DNA from: Gemmata obscuriglobus
GTDB taxonomy: Bacteria; Planctomycetota; Planctomycetia; Gemmatales; Gemmataceae
Assembly (NCBI RefSeq): GCF_008065095.1
Contig: NZ_CP042911.1
Coordinates: 6,420,001-6,452,000, forward strand
DNA: 32,000 nucleotides
Reading direction: 5' to 3'
Of the stretch, positions 1 to 8,876 are shown in pieces; the first letter of the stretch is position 1, and each line of letters starts with the position of its first letter. The notes under the pieces were generated by a model. It worked only from the letters and a program-made list of their open reading frames with translations. It ran no database searches and was not told where the DNA came from. The translations under genes and the position numbers were made by a program.

Positions 1-1
1 G

Positions 2-1270
2 GCGCTCGGCCGCGTGACGCTCCTGAACGTGCGAATGACCGTTGAAAGTGCCGCGGGCAAGGCCGCGACCGGGTTCGGGTCGATGCCACTGGGCAACGTG
101 TGGGCGTACCCGTCGCGCCTGCTCACCTACGATCAGACGCTCGGCGCGATGCGGTTCCTCGCGTCGCGAATCGCCGACGGCTACCGGCTGTGCGGGCTGA
201 GCGGACACCCGATCGACATCACGCACCAGCTCGAACCGGAACTGCTCCTCGCCGGTAACGACTTCACCGCCATCCACCGGCCGAGCGACCCGGTCCCGAA
301 ACTGGCGGTTCTAGTGGTCGCGTCGGCGTTCGACGCCGCCCTCCACGACGCCTACGGCAAACTTCACGGCCTCAACTGCTTCCGCACGTACACGCGCGAG
401 TTCCTGCCCGACGACCTGGGCCACTACCTCGGCGCGGAGTTCAACGGGTTGCACCTCGACGACTTCATCACGCACGAGCCGAAGCCTTCAATGCCGCTGT
501 ACCACCTGGTCGGCGCGCTCGACCCGATCACCCCGGAAGACGTCACACAGCCCGTCGGCGACGGGTTGCCGGAACACCTCGCCGAGTGGATCACGCGGGA
601 CGGCCTCACGCACCTCAAGATCAAGCTCAACGGCGACGACCTTGGATGGGACGTGGAGCGCTGCGTTCGCATCAACGCCGTCGCCGAAGACGCGCAACGC
701 GCGCGGGGCGTGACGACGTGGTGGTACTCACTCGACTTCAACGAGCGGTGCCAGAACGTCGGATACCTGATCGAGTTCCTTCAGAAGCTCCGGGAGCGCA
801 CCCCGGCCGGCTATGACCGCGTGCAGTACGTCGAGCAACCGACCGCGCGGGACCTGAACGCGCACCCCGAGAACAAGATGCACGCCGCGGCGAAGCTCAA
901 GCCGGTGGTGATCGACGAATCGCTGCTCGATCTGGAATCGCTGAAACTGTCGATGGAGATGGGCTACACCGGCGTCGCGTTCAAGGCGTGCAAGGGTCAA
1001 ACGCAAACGCTGCTGCTCGCCGCTGCGGCGCAAAAGTACGGCCTGTTCCGGTGCGTGCAGGATTTAACGTGTGTGGGGGCGTCGCTGATCCACTCCGCGG
1101 GCCTCGCGGCCCACATTCCCGGGGTGGCCGCGATCGAATCGAACGGCCGCCAGTACTGCCCCACAGCGAACGTCGCCTGGGATGCGAAGTTCCCGGGCGT
1201 GTTTACCATCACCGGCGGCAGCATGAACACCGCGCTTCTGAACGGCGTGGGCCTCGGCGCGGTGAGTTAG
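2..1270 (+). CDS. Enolase-superfamily enzyme (mandelate racemase/muconate lactonizing enzyme family), probably 5'-truncated by the window edge
   Basis: ORF 14..1270 stays open back to base 2. Barrel-domain signatures occur in the expected order: LKIKLNGD (KxK), SLDFNE, YVEQP, VVIDES (metal ligands), FKACKG. About 200 aa precede the KxK motif and the N-terminus looks incomplete. Stop TAG at 1268-1270 overlaps the stop of the convergent gene. Confidence 0.75.
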   Translation, partial: ALGRVTLLNVRMTVESAAGKAATGFGSMPLGNVWAYPSRLLTYDQTLGAMRFLASRIADGYRLCGLSGHPIDITHQLEPELLLAGNDFTAIHRPSDPVPKLAVLVVASAFDAALHDAYGKLHGLNCFRTYTREFLPDDLGHYLGAEFNGLHLDDFITHEPKPSMPLYHLVGALDPITPEDVTQPVGDGLPEHLAEWITRDGLTHLKIKLNGDDLGWDVERCVRINAVAEDAQRARGVTTWWYSLDFNERCQNVGYLIEFLQKLRERTPAGYDRVQYVEQPTARDLNAHPENKMHAAAKLKPVVIDESLLDLESLKLSMEMGYTGVAFKACKGQTQTLLLAAAAQKYGLFRCVQDLTCVGASLIHSAGLAAHIPGVAAIESNGRQYCPTANVAWDAKFPGVFTITGGSMNTALLNGVGLGAVS

Positions 1271-2025
1271 GGCTCCTTCCGCTCGCGGTCGCGGCCGTCG
1301 GGTAGCACCTCCCACCCACGCTCCGCATCGGTCAAACGCTCACCGCCGGCGACGGTCAGCGACGCCCGCAGCGCGTCGGGCGTCACGTCATTCAACAGGC
1401 GGTGAACCGCGTCGTCCGCGGTCACGACCGCCGGGTGCTTGTACCAACTGCTGATGCCGTTCGGGCTATCGAGCCGGAAGTCCATTGTGTCGAACGCGAG
1501 ATCGCGGGGCTCCATCCAGTGAACGCCCAGGCCGTTGTTCTCGACGATCAGGATGGTGGAACTGGCGCCGTCGGTCACCTCATCGAACTTCCGCGCACTG
1601 GCCCCGGGCCACATCGTGTCCGGCCCGACCACCGCGAGATAGTTGGTCGTTGTGCCGAGCGGCTCCGTGCCGTGAAACGCGAAAAGCTTCGGCATTCGGG
1701 GCGCGAGCAGGCAGTTGTTCGGACCGTTCCACGGTTCATCAAACCGATACGCTTTGAAGAGTGGCTCCTGCTCAATGTAAGGCAGGATCAGGGTGCGCCA
1801 ACTGTGCCACGGCTTGCCGTCCGGCCCGACGACGTAGGCCGGCGGCAGGCGCCCGTTCGTCTCGGCGTAGTTGGCGACCGCCAACCCGAGTTGCTTGAGG
1901 TTTCAAAGGTCTGCCATGTTTCGCGCGGCGTTGCGCACCCTCTGAATGCCGTATCCAAGGGCACACAGACCAGCGCCGACCGTTCCGGCGACGGAGAGCG
2001 TGACGAACTGGCGCCGTGAGAGCAC
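1267..2025 (-). pseudogene. DUF1559-family (planctomycete prepilin-like) protein interrupted by an in-frame TGA, with a degenerate N-terminal leader
   Basis: ORFs 1903..2097(-) and 1267..1884(-) are in the same frame (2097-1884=213). Read-through gives ...GIQRVRNAARNMADL*NLKQLGLAVANYAETNGRLPPAYV..., which matches the DUF1559 hallmark ...QKVREAA.R..C.NNLKQ(I/L)GLA.HNY. TGA lies at 1903-1905. The leader SRRQFVTLSVAGTVGAGL replaces the usual G/FTLIELLVV prepilin motif. A possible GTG start at 2025 is preceded by GGGGGA. Confidence 0.55.
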
Positions 2026-2204
2026 GGGAGATCCCCCGGTAGTTATGGGGAGAGAACGAACCCCATACTGGCGCCCGTCAGTGGAAATTCCAAGCAAATT
2101 CGGAGCTAAGGTTCAGGGCGCGTCGCGGGTTGAAGTTCGTTCATCGACTTGGTAAGCCATCGAGCGGGGCATTCCTCTCGGCCCCCAGGAGTCGGACGCC
2201 TAAC

Positions 2205-3539
2205 ATGAGCACCCATTTGCCAGGGACCGGCGTCGACGACACGCCCGTCACTGAGCGCGACCTCGTTGAGTACTTCCACGAGGGTTCCAAACCGACACCG
2301 GCGTGGCGCGTCGGTGCGGAGTTCGAGAAGTTCGCCCTCGATCGCGGAACGGGACAGCAAATTGGTTTCGACGCGGGCATTGAGGGGGTGCTCCACGCCC
2401 TCGCCACGCATTTCGCCTGGGAACCGCACACCGAAGCGGGACGGCTCACGACGCTGACCCGCGGCCGGTCCACGGTTTCCGTCGAACCCGGCGGGCAACT
2501 CGAACTCTCGACCGCCCCGACGGCGCGTCTGTCCGAACTGCGGGCCGAGTTCGAAACGCACCTGCACGAGTTGCGGGCCGTGACCGACCCGGCGAAGGTC
2601 GCGTGGGTCGCGGCGGGGGTGACGCCGTTCAGCGCGGTGGAGGACATCCCGCTGAACCCGCGCCCCCGGCACCGGCTGATGGCCGAGTACCTGCCGACCC
2701 GCTGTCCGCACGGGCTGCACATGATGAAGGCGACCGCGAGCACGCAGGTCACCTTCGACTACAAGAGCGAGGCCGACGCTGGCCGCAAACTTGCGGTCGC
2801 GCTCAAACTCGGACCGGTGGTTAACGCGCTGTTCGCCAACGCGCCGCTGTACGCGGGGCGGCGGACGGAGTTCGTGTCGTTCCGGGGGCACATCTGGCAC
2901 AACATGGACCCCGACCGCAGCGGGCTGCTCACGGACCTGCTCGCGGATGAAATCACGTTCGACCGCTGGGTCCAGTTCGTTCTCGACGTGCCGCTGTTGC
3001 TACTCACGGACGGCGAGTCCCTGAAGCCCGCGCCGGGCGCCACGTTCCGGGAGTTCCTGCACAAGGGCATCGACGGCCGGCACCCGACGCGGCACGACTG
3101 GGACGTTCACCTCTCGACGGTGTTCACCGAGGCGCGGCTGAAGCGCTTCATGGAGGTGCGCGGCGCCGACGCGACCCCGGCCCCGCTTGTCCTCGCCGTC
3201 CCGGCGGTGTGGAAGGGGCTGCTGTACGACGCAGCCGCGCTTGCGGCGGCAACGGATCTGGCCGGAAACTTCACGCCGGAAGAGCTGCGCCCGCTTTCGG
3301 AAGCCATTGCGCGCCGGGGGATGCGTGCCGAGCACCGCGGCATCCCGCTCGCCCGCTGGTGCCACGAGGTGACCGCGATCGCGGACACCGGCCTCAAGCG
3401 CCAGGGCGAGGATGTGACGTTCCTCGAACCCGTTCGCGAACTGCTCGACGCCGGCCGTTCGCCTGGGGAAATGTGGCCGCGCGGCGGAGACGTCGCTCAA
3501 CTGCTTGGAGCCGTCGAGTACACCGGCCTGCTGTCGTGA
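2205..3539 (+). CDS. gshA: Glutamate--cysteine ligase, plant/proteobacterial GCS2 type
   Basis: Long ORF 2130..3539. The first ATG is at 2205 (MSTHLPGTG). Family-typical stretches: VEYFHEGSKP, RVGAEFEKFALD, GGQLELSTAP, ATASTQVTFDY, HLSTVFTEARLKRFMEVRGAD. Confidence 0.8.
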   Translation: MSTHLPGTGVDDTPVTERDLVEYFHEGSKPTPAWRVGAEFEKFALDRGTGQQIGFDAGIEGVLHALATHFAWEPHTEAGRLTTLTRGRSTVSVEPGGQLELSTAPTARLSELRAEFETHLHELRAVTDPAKVAWVAAGVTPFSAVEDIPLNPRPRHRLMAEYLPTRCPHGLHMMKATASTQVTFDYKSEADAGRKLAVALKLGPVVNALFANAPLYAGRRTEFVSFRGHIWHNMDPDRSGLLTDLLADEITFDRWVQFVLDVPLLLLTDGESLKPAPGATFREFLHKGIDGRHPTRHDWDVHLSTVFTEARLKRFMEVRGADATPAPLVLAVPAVWKGLLYDAAALAAATDLAGNFTPEELRPLSEAIARRGMRAEHRGIPLARWCHEVTAIADTGLKRQGEDVTFLEPVRELLDAGRSPGEMWPRGGDVAQLLGAVEYTGLLS

Positions 3540-3584
3540 GCCGCACGTTCTGGTGCGGCTCCGCTTAACGCGCCGCCCTTCCCT

Positions 3585-4052
3585 TCATCCGCTCACGTTC
3601 CGATCGCCGGCGGGAGCCGACTCGGCCGAGCGGTCGTACCGCGCACGTGCCGCCTCAATCAGGGTGCGGTTATCGCGTGCCCACTGTCCGAGCGCAAAAA
3701 TCGGCGCCCGCAGCGACTCGCCGAGATCGGTCAAAGCGTAGTCCACGCGCGGCGGCACGGTTGGGAACACGGTTCGGGAAATGAGCCCGTCCCGCTCCAA
3801 CCCGCGGAGCGTGAGGGTCAGCATCCGCTGCGACACGCCAGCGAGCGAGCGTTGCAGTTCTTTGAAGCGTTTCGGGCCGTCGGACAGCACGATAACAACC
3901 AGCACGGTCCATTTCTCGGCGATCAGCGACAGCAGCTCGGCTCCCGCTTTGCACCCCTCACGCAGTTCGGCGTGGTTGCCCCGCCGCAGGTGCCCTTTCA
4001 GCTCCGCGAGTTCCTGATCGGGGGTGGGCACACGCGTGTTACTCTGTTCCAT
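3585..4052 (-). CDS. HxlR-family winged-helix transcriptional regulator
   Basis: KWTVLVVIVLSDGPKRFKELQRSLAGVSQRMLTLTLRGLERDGLISRTVFPTVPPRVDYALTDLG is a canonical HxlR/DUF24 domain. ATG at 4052. Divergent from the azoreductase gene. Confidence 0.85.
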   Translation of the reverse strand: MEQSNTRVPTPDQELAELKGHLRRGNHAELREGCKAGAELLSLIAEKWTVLVVIVLSDGPKRFKELQRSLAGVSQRMLTLTLRGLERDGLISRTVFPTVPPRVDYALTDLGESLRAPIFALGQWARDNRTLIEAARARYDRSAESAPAGDRNVSG

Positions 4053-4082
4053 GTCTGTGCCTTCTTGAGACGACCGGCGACA

Positions 4083-4115
4083 CCGGTATCATGCCCACGG
4101 CCACTGCGTGATACC
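4083..4115. promoter_or_regulatory. Candidate operator: inverted repeat GGTATCA-N17-TGATACC in the HxlR/AzoR divergent intergenic region
   Basis: GGTATCA at 4085-4091 and TGATACC at 4109-4115 are perfect 7-bp inverted repeats, flanked by CCGG on both sides. They lie between the divergent start codons at 4052 and 4166. Confidence 0.3.
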
Positions 4116-4165
4116 AGCCGGACGCCCCGCCCTGTCGGGCGGCGTCGCGGCATTTGGAGCGAACG

Positions 4166-4777
4166 ATGAACGTTCTGCACGTCGATTCCAGTATCCTTGG
4201 CGCCCACTCCGTCAGCCGGGCGGTGTCTGCGGCCGTCGTGTCCCGGCTGCGCGAGACGCACCGCGACGCGAACGTGGTCTACCGCGATGTGGCCGCCGCC
4301 CCGCTCCCGCAACTCACCGGTTCACTTGCGGCCACGCTCGGCAAGTCAGCGGATCAGGTTCCGTCCGAGGTCGCCCGCGAGGCGGCCGCTTTGCGCCAGG
4401 CGCTGGGCGAAGTCCTCGCGGCCGATGTCATCGTTGTGGGGGTGCCGATGTACAACTTCGGCATCCCGAGCCAGCTCAAGACGTGGCTGGACGCGCTGGC
4501 CGTTGCCGGGGTCACGTTTCGCTACTCGTCCGCCGGTCCGGAAGGGTTGCTCGGGAGCAAGCGACTGGTCATCGCCTCCTCGCAGGGCGGCTTCTATCGC
4601 CCCGGAACGCCCGCTGTGGCGTTCGAGCACCAGGAGAGCCATCTGCGGGCCTTCTTCGCCTTCCTGGGGCTCACCAACGTGCAAGTGGTCCGGGCGGACG
4701 GCACCAAGGTATCCGGCGGCGACGAACACGGGCTACCGACGGCGCTCCGGGAGGCAGCCGCGTTGCAGGTCGCGTAA
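4166..4777 (+). CDS. azoR: FMN-dependent NADH-azoreductase
   Basis: MNVLHVDSSILG..SVSR, VVGVPMYNFGIPSQLKTWLD and ..FRYS..GPEGLL are typical AzoR/AcpD motifs. ATG at 4166 is preceded by GGAG at 4156-4159. Confidence 0.85.
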   Translation: MNVLHVDSSILGAHSVSRAVSAAVVSRLRETHRDANVVYRDVAAAPLPQLTGSLAATLGKSADQVPSEVAREAAALRQALGEVLAADVIVVGVPMYNFGIPSQLKTWLDALAVAGVTFRYSSAGPEGLLGSKRLVIASSQGGFYRPGTPAVAFEHQESHLRAFFAFLGLTNVQVVRADGTKVSGGDEHGLPTALREAAALQVA

Positions 4778-4826
4778 CCACGTGCGGGTACGCTCTCCCC
4801 ACACGTTACGGGTCACGGCTGGGGCG

Positions 4827-6041
4827 TTATTTCCAGACCGCGACTTGCCCGGTGCGCAGTGACTGGTTCGCCAGGTGCGCACCGGCGGCGGCACCGACAC
4901 CGGCTTCCGCCGGGCACGCCACTTTCTTCGACCGGTCCCGGATCGTCTCGACCCAGTTTGTGAGGTGCAGCAGCTCGCCGTCGGGCTTGTCGTAGAAGTC
5001 CAGCCCTTTCTCACCCGTTCCCAGGACGAGCGACTTGGCCTCGGGCAGTTTCTTACCGCGGTCCGGGATGATCTCGTACCGCCCGCGGTCGAGGTACAGC
5101 GTCCCCTCGGTGCCCATGAACTCGCACATCGAGCCGTTCCGGTTGTTGCTGAACGTCCCCTCGAAGTAGACCTGCACCTGCTTGTCGGGGTAGCGCAGGA
5201 GCGTCTGAACCGTGTCGGGCGTTTCCCACACGCCTTTCGCGGCAAACCAGTCCCCCACGCTCGCAGCACTCGCCGGGTGATCGAGGTCGAGGAACCAGTG
5301 GACCACGTCGAGCCAGTGAACCATCAGGTCGGTGAAGATGCCCCCGCCGAAGTCCCAGAACCAGCGCCACTGGCGGAACTTGTAGGCGTCGAAGTCTTGG
5401 GCCTTCGCGGTGCCGAGGAACCGCTTCCAGTCGACCTTGTTCGCGTCGAGCGCTTCCTTGCCGCGCTGGAACCGGTTCGCGTTGCGGTTCCACGTGCAGT
5501 GAACCTTGTGGACCTTGCCCACCACGCCGGCCTTGAGGAGCTTGTACGCTTCGAGAATGTGCGTCATGCTCCGCTGCTGGGTGCCCACCTGAACGACCCG
5601 CTTGTGCTCGTTCTGGGCCGCGATCACCGCCGCCCCTTCGCTCAAGTCGTGCGTGAGCGGCTTCTCGACGTACACGTCTTTCCCGGCCTTGCACGCGTCC
5701 ACTGTGAGCGGAACGTGCCAGTGGTCCGGCGCCGCGATCAGCACCGCGTCCACATCTTTGCGGGCGAGCAGTTCCTCGTGTTTGGTGGTGGCGAACGCCT
5801 TCGGGTCGGCGAGCTTCTTGCCGGCTTCGAGGTTGTCGGCGAACACGTCACATACTGCGGTAATTGTGACATTCGGCAGCGCCGGGAACGACTTGAGCAG
5901 GTGCTTGCACCGCCCTCCGACCCCGATCAGACCGACCCGGAGCGTGTCGTTGGCTGCAAAGCCCCGGGACGTTTCAACCAGAAGCGCGCCGGTGGCGAGC
6001 GCGGACGAAGAAAGGAATGTGCGGCGGTGGTGTATGAACAT
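4827..6041 (-). CDS. Gfo/Idh/MocA-family oxidoreductase with twin-arginine (Tat) signal
   Basis: MFIHHRRTFLSSSALATGALL is a Tat motif. LRVGLIGVGGRC is an N-terminal Rossmann motif, and VYVEKPL is the EKP motif of the family. ATG at 6041 with GAGG 8 nt upstream. The ORF-track start at 6071 is probably an upstream extension. Confidence 0.85.
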   Translation of the reverse strand: MFIHHRRTFLSSSALATGALLVETSRGFAANDTLRVGLIGVGGRCKHLLKSFPALPNVTITAVCDVFADNLEAGKKLADPKAFATTKHEELLARKDVDAVLIAAPDHWHVPLTVDACKAGKDVYVEKPLTHDLSEGAAVIAAQNEHKRVVQVGTQQRSMTHILEAYKLLKAGVVGKVHKVHCTWNRNANRFQRGKEALDANKVDWKRFLGTAKAQDFDAYKFRQWRWFWDFGGGIFTDLMVHWLDVVHWFLDLDHPASAASVGDWFAAKGVWETPDTVQTLLRYPDKQVQVYFEGTFSNNRNGSMCEFMGTEGTLYLDRGRYEIIPDRGKKLPEAKSLVLGTGEKGLDFYDKPDGELLHLTNWVETIRDRSKKVACPAEAGVGAAAGAHLANQSLRTGQVAVWK

Positions 6042-6093
6042 ACGGCACCTCAAAGGGAGAAGTGCCGCCACGATAAACGGAAATCACGGGCGG

Positions 6094-6131
6094 GAAAAGA
6101 AAAACCCCCGCGGTGGGCGAGCCGCGGGGGC
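6094..6131 (-). terminator. Intrinsic-terminator-like hairpin plus T-tract on the minus strand, about 55 nt upstream of the oxidoreductase start codon
   Basis: Minus strand reads CCCCCGCGG-CTCGCCCA-CCGCGGGGG followed by TTTTTCTTTTCC. The 9-bp GC stem is 6106-6114 paired with 6123-6131, and the T-tract is 6094-6105. Confidence 0.55.
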
Positions 6132-6533
6132 CGGATGAAGGCGACCCATCCGTTGAACGGGTGAATGAACCGCTGCGGTTATGCGCTCAATGGCCACGAA
6201 TGAAGCAGCGAACCAACTAAAGACGGTTCGAATCAAATAGCCACAACCAGCAAACGGCCGGCAGTACTTCCCTGGCAAGCGAGTTAATCACACTTAGTAC
6301 GGGTTGGAACACAAATAGTTTCACCTGATTCCATTTTCGCCCCAAAAAATGAAAGCGCGGGATACAGATGAAAGAAAAATGAGGCGTAATGGAATTTCCG
6401 TCTCGCCACCCTCTACATTCCGTTTTTAGCCCCCACTGCCCTCCGGCGAATTGTGCAGCTCAGTTGCCGAATTGTGTTTTGCGCTCGATGGGGAACAGCG
6501 AGCGCGACACCAAACTGGTAAAAGCACTTTCGA

Positions 6534-7589
6534 CTACTCGTCAGGAAAGCGTTTGCTCGCGGTCACAACGGGCTTATTGTTCTGACCGAGGACCACGATG
6601 GAGGTCGCGGCGCCCGGAGTTGCGTCAACGAGTTTCAGCCCCTGCTCAGGTGGCAGCACGCTAACGGCCTTCGTCATACTGTCGGCCGTGATGCCGTTGG
6701 GAGCGATCACCGTTACGCTGCGGCGCCCGGTAAGCCCGACCCCGGTTTTCGGGTCGAGAACGTGCGAGTATCGCACGCCCGCGATCTCCACGAACTGTTC
6801 GAGGTCGCCCGAGGTCGAGACCGCGGCGTTGGCGAGTTTCAGCGTGCGCGGCTTCTGGCTCTTCGCGATCGGCGCGATGTCCACCTTCCACGCCTGCTCC
6901 CCGGGCGGGGGATCGCCACAGGTGATGTCGCCGTAAGCGGCGACGAGTGCTTGCGTGATGCCGAATTTCTCGCGCAACAGCTTCAACGCCTCGTCCGCGG
7001 CGTACCCCTTCGCGATGCCCCCGAGGTCGAGTTGCATTCCCGGGATGGTCAGCCGCACAGTCTTCTTTGTGGTGTCCAGTTTCACCTTCTGGTATCCCAC
7101 CTTCGCGCGGGCAGCGGCCAGTTCTTTCGCGTCCGGGAACTGTTGGGTCCGGCGCGCGAGACGCCACAACTGCACGACAGGACCGACCGTTACATCGAAC
7201 GCCCCGTCCGACTTCTTGGATAACTCGTCGGCCTTCTGGAGCACGAAAAAGAGGTCATCGCCGACTGCGACCGGATCGCCCACGTCGGTCGCGAATGCCT
7301 TACACAGGAGCGTCAGCTCGCTGTCCTTCTTGTAGTCGCTCATGGTCGCGTCGAGTTGGGCCACGCGCGTAAAGGCCGCGTCGGCAGCTTTTTTCGCAAC
7401 GGCCTTATCGGTGGCGTAAAGCACGATGCGGAACGTCGTGCCCATGTGCTTCGACTCGAACTCGAAGCGCGACGGCTCGCCCTTCAACACGTTCGCGACG
7501 AGGCGAGGGCCTGAGGGCGGGTTGATTTCGCCACCCGGAGCCGCGAACATAAGATGAATCAGCACGCCCGCGACGACGAACTCGCTCAT
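6534..7589 (-). CDS. apbE: FAD:protein FMN transferase (ApbE family), secreted or membrane-anchored
   Basis: Family-typical MSDYKKDSEL, FDVTVGP, LDLGGIAKGYAADEA, VSTSGD, YSHVLDPKTG. ATG at 7589 is preceded by GGAGG. N-terminal hydrophobic segment VVAGVLIHLMFAAPG. Confidence 0.85.
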   Translation of the reverse strand: MSEFVVAGVLIHLMFAAPGGEINPPSGPRLVANVLKGEPSRFEFESKHMGTTFRIVLYATDKAVAKKAADAAFTRVAQLDATMSDYKKDSELTLLCKAFATDVGDPVAVGDDLFFVLQKADELSKKSDGAFDVTVGPVVQLWRLARRTQQFPDAKELAAARAKVGYQKVKLDTTKKTVRLTIPGMQLDLGGIAKGYAADEALKLLREKFGITQALVAAYGDITCGDPPPGEQAWKVDIAPIAKSQKPRTLKLANAAVSTSGDLEQFVEIAGVRYSHVLDPKTGVGLTGRRSVTVIAPNGITADSMTKAVSVLPPEQGLKLVDATPGAATSIVVLGQNNKPVVTASKRFPDE

Positions 7590-7642
7590 TTTGCGCCTCC
7601 GGCCCGTTGACAGCGGCCCTTCCAGTAGGGAATCTAACAGGT

Positions 7643-8773
7643 ATGCCAACCCGACACATCCTCTCCATCGCATTCTGCACCGCGCTGCCGCTCCTGGCGG
7701 TCGCGGTGAGCGCGGACGACAAACTGGCCCCCAAACCGTCCAATAAAGTCGCCGAAACGCCCAAGGCCGCCAAACCGGAAGCCGGCAAGAACTACGTCGA
7801 GAAGACGAGCGGCTTCAAAATGGTCGTGGACGACCCGGACACCGACCCGCCGAAGACTCACAAGGAGGAGATGAAGGCGCAGTTCGAGATGGTCTGGGTG
7901 CCCGGCGGCGAGTTCACGATGGGCAGTCCCGCGGGCGAAGCGGGCCGCGAGGCCACCGAAGGGCCGGCGCACAAGGTGAAGGTCGGCGGCTTCTGGATGG
8001 CCAAGTTCGAGTGCGGCTGGGACGAGTTCGACACCTTTTGGTACGACGAGAACTTCCTGAAGGCCGACAACTTGGAGGCCCAGAAGTTCGGGCCGGACGC
8101 GGTGACCCGCCCGACCAACGCGTTCGTGGACGCGACCTACGGGCACCCGCGCGACGGGCACCCCGCGCTGTGCATGACGCACCACGCCGCGATGATGTAC
8201 TGCAACTGGCTTCAAAAGAAGACCGGCCGCGCGTACCGACTGCCCACCGAGGCGGAATGGGAGTACGCCGCCCGCGGCGGTAAGGGCGACACCGCGTACT
8301 TCTTCGGCAACGACCCGAAAGGGCTCGCCGACTACGCCTGGTTCAAGGACACCTCCCCGACCGACGACAAGCCCGCGGGCGTGACCCACAAAAGCGGGAC
8401 CAAGAAGCCGAACCCGTTCGGGCTGTACGACATGTACGGCAACGTGTGGGAGTGGACCCTCGACCAGCACGACCCGAAGGCCTACGAGAAGTTCGCGAAG
8501 AACCCGCTTTCGCTCGGTCCGGTAACACTGCCGACCGATGAGAAGTGGGCGCACGTCGTGCGCGGCGGGTCCTGGGCCGATAAAGCCGACCGGTGCCGCA
8601 GCGCGGCGCGGCGCGTGTCGGACAAGAGCTGGATGAAGTGGGACCCGCAGGAGCCGCAGAGCATCTGGTGGCTCACCCGCATGGACGTGATCGGGTTCCG
8701 CGTCGTACTCGCCGAGAGCGAGCAGCCCGAACTCGTGGGGCTGAAGCCCAAGGTCGTGAAGAAATCGGAGTAG
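7643..8773 (+). CDS. Formylglycine-generating-enzyme (FGE/SUMF1) family protein with signal peptide
   Basis: WVPGGEFTMGSP, HKVKVGGFWMAKFE, YCNWLQKKTGRAYRLPTEAEWEYAARGG, NPFGLYDMYGNVWEWTLD and VVRGGSW are the FGE-sulfatase domain hallmarks. ATG at 7643. Signal-like MPTRHILSIAFCTALPLLAVAVSA. Confidence 0.85.
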   Translation: MPTRHILSIAFCTALPLLAVAVSADDKLAPKPSNKVAETPKAAKPEAGKNYVEKTSGFKMVVDDPDTDPPKTHKEEMKAQFEMVWVPGGEFTMGSPAGEAGREATEGPAHKVKVGGFWMAKFECGWDEFDTFWYDENFLKADNLEAQKFGPDAVTRPTNAFVDATYGHPRDGHPALCMTHHAAMMYCNWLQKKTGRAYRLPTEAEWEYAARGGKGDTAYFFGNDPKGLADYAWFKDTSPTDDKPAGVTHKSGTKKPNPFGLYDMYGNVWEWTLDQHDPKAYEKFAKNPLSLGPVTLPTDEKWAHVVRGGSWADKADRCRSAARRVSDKSWMKWDPQEPQSIWWLTRMDVIGFRVVLAESEQPELVGLKPKVVKKSE

Positions 8774-8793
8774 CGTTCGGTGTTTCGCGTTTC

Positions 8794-8876
8794 GTGTTTG
8801 GAATTTAGTGCTCGGCACCGCACTCGCAAGGGCCGTTGGTGTACCAACCGACCACCAGCCACTAAGCACCAAACAC
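8794..8876. repeat. Interrupted inverted repeat between the FGE-like gene and the next oxidoreductase gene
   Basis: GTGTTTGG (8794-8801) and TTAGTG (8805-8810) are complementary to CACTAA (8860-8865) and CCAAACAC (8869-8876). An inner GTTGG-TGTA-CCAAC hairpin lies around 8835-8848. Confidence 0.35.

Noticed and set aside
1903-1905. Selenocysteine recoding of the in-frame TGA in the DUF1559 gene; a GUUGGC-GGUC-GCCAAC hairpin with a GGUC loop follows, reminiscent of the E. coli fdhF SECIS apical loop as I remember it
   Set aside because: The TGA aligns with an N/S position of the family motif, not with the conserved Cys two residues upstream. The hairpin starts about 17 nt after the TGA, further than the roughly 11 nt of the bacterial model. 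The hairpin also encodes the conserved LGLAVANY segment, so it is probably coincidental. Pseudogenisation is the simpler explanation, given the degenerate leader.
6224-6234. tRNA-like T-loop motif GGTTCGAATC in the low-GC spacer; similar motifs at 20092-20101 (GGTTCAAATC) and 21113-21122 (GGTTCGATCC)
   Set aside because: The flanking bases do not form a 5-bp T-stem, and no acceptor or anticodon arms can be drawn at the required distances. These are not tRNA genes.
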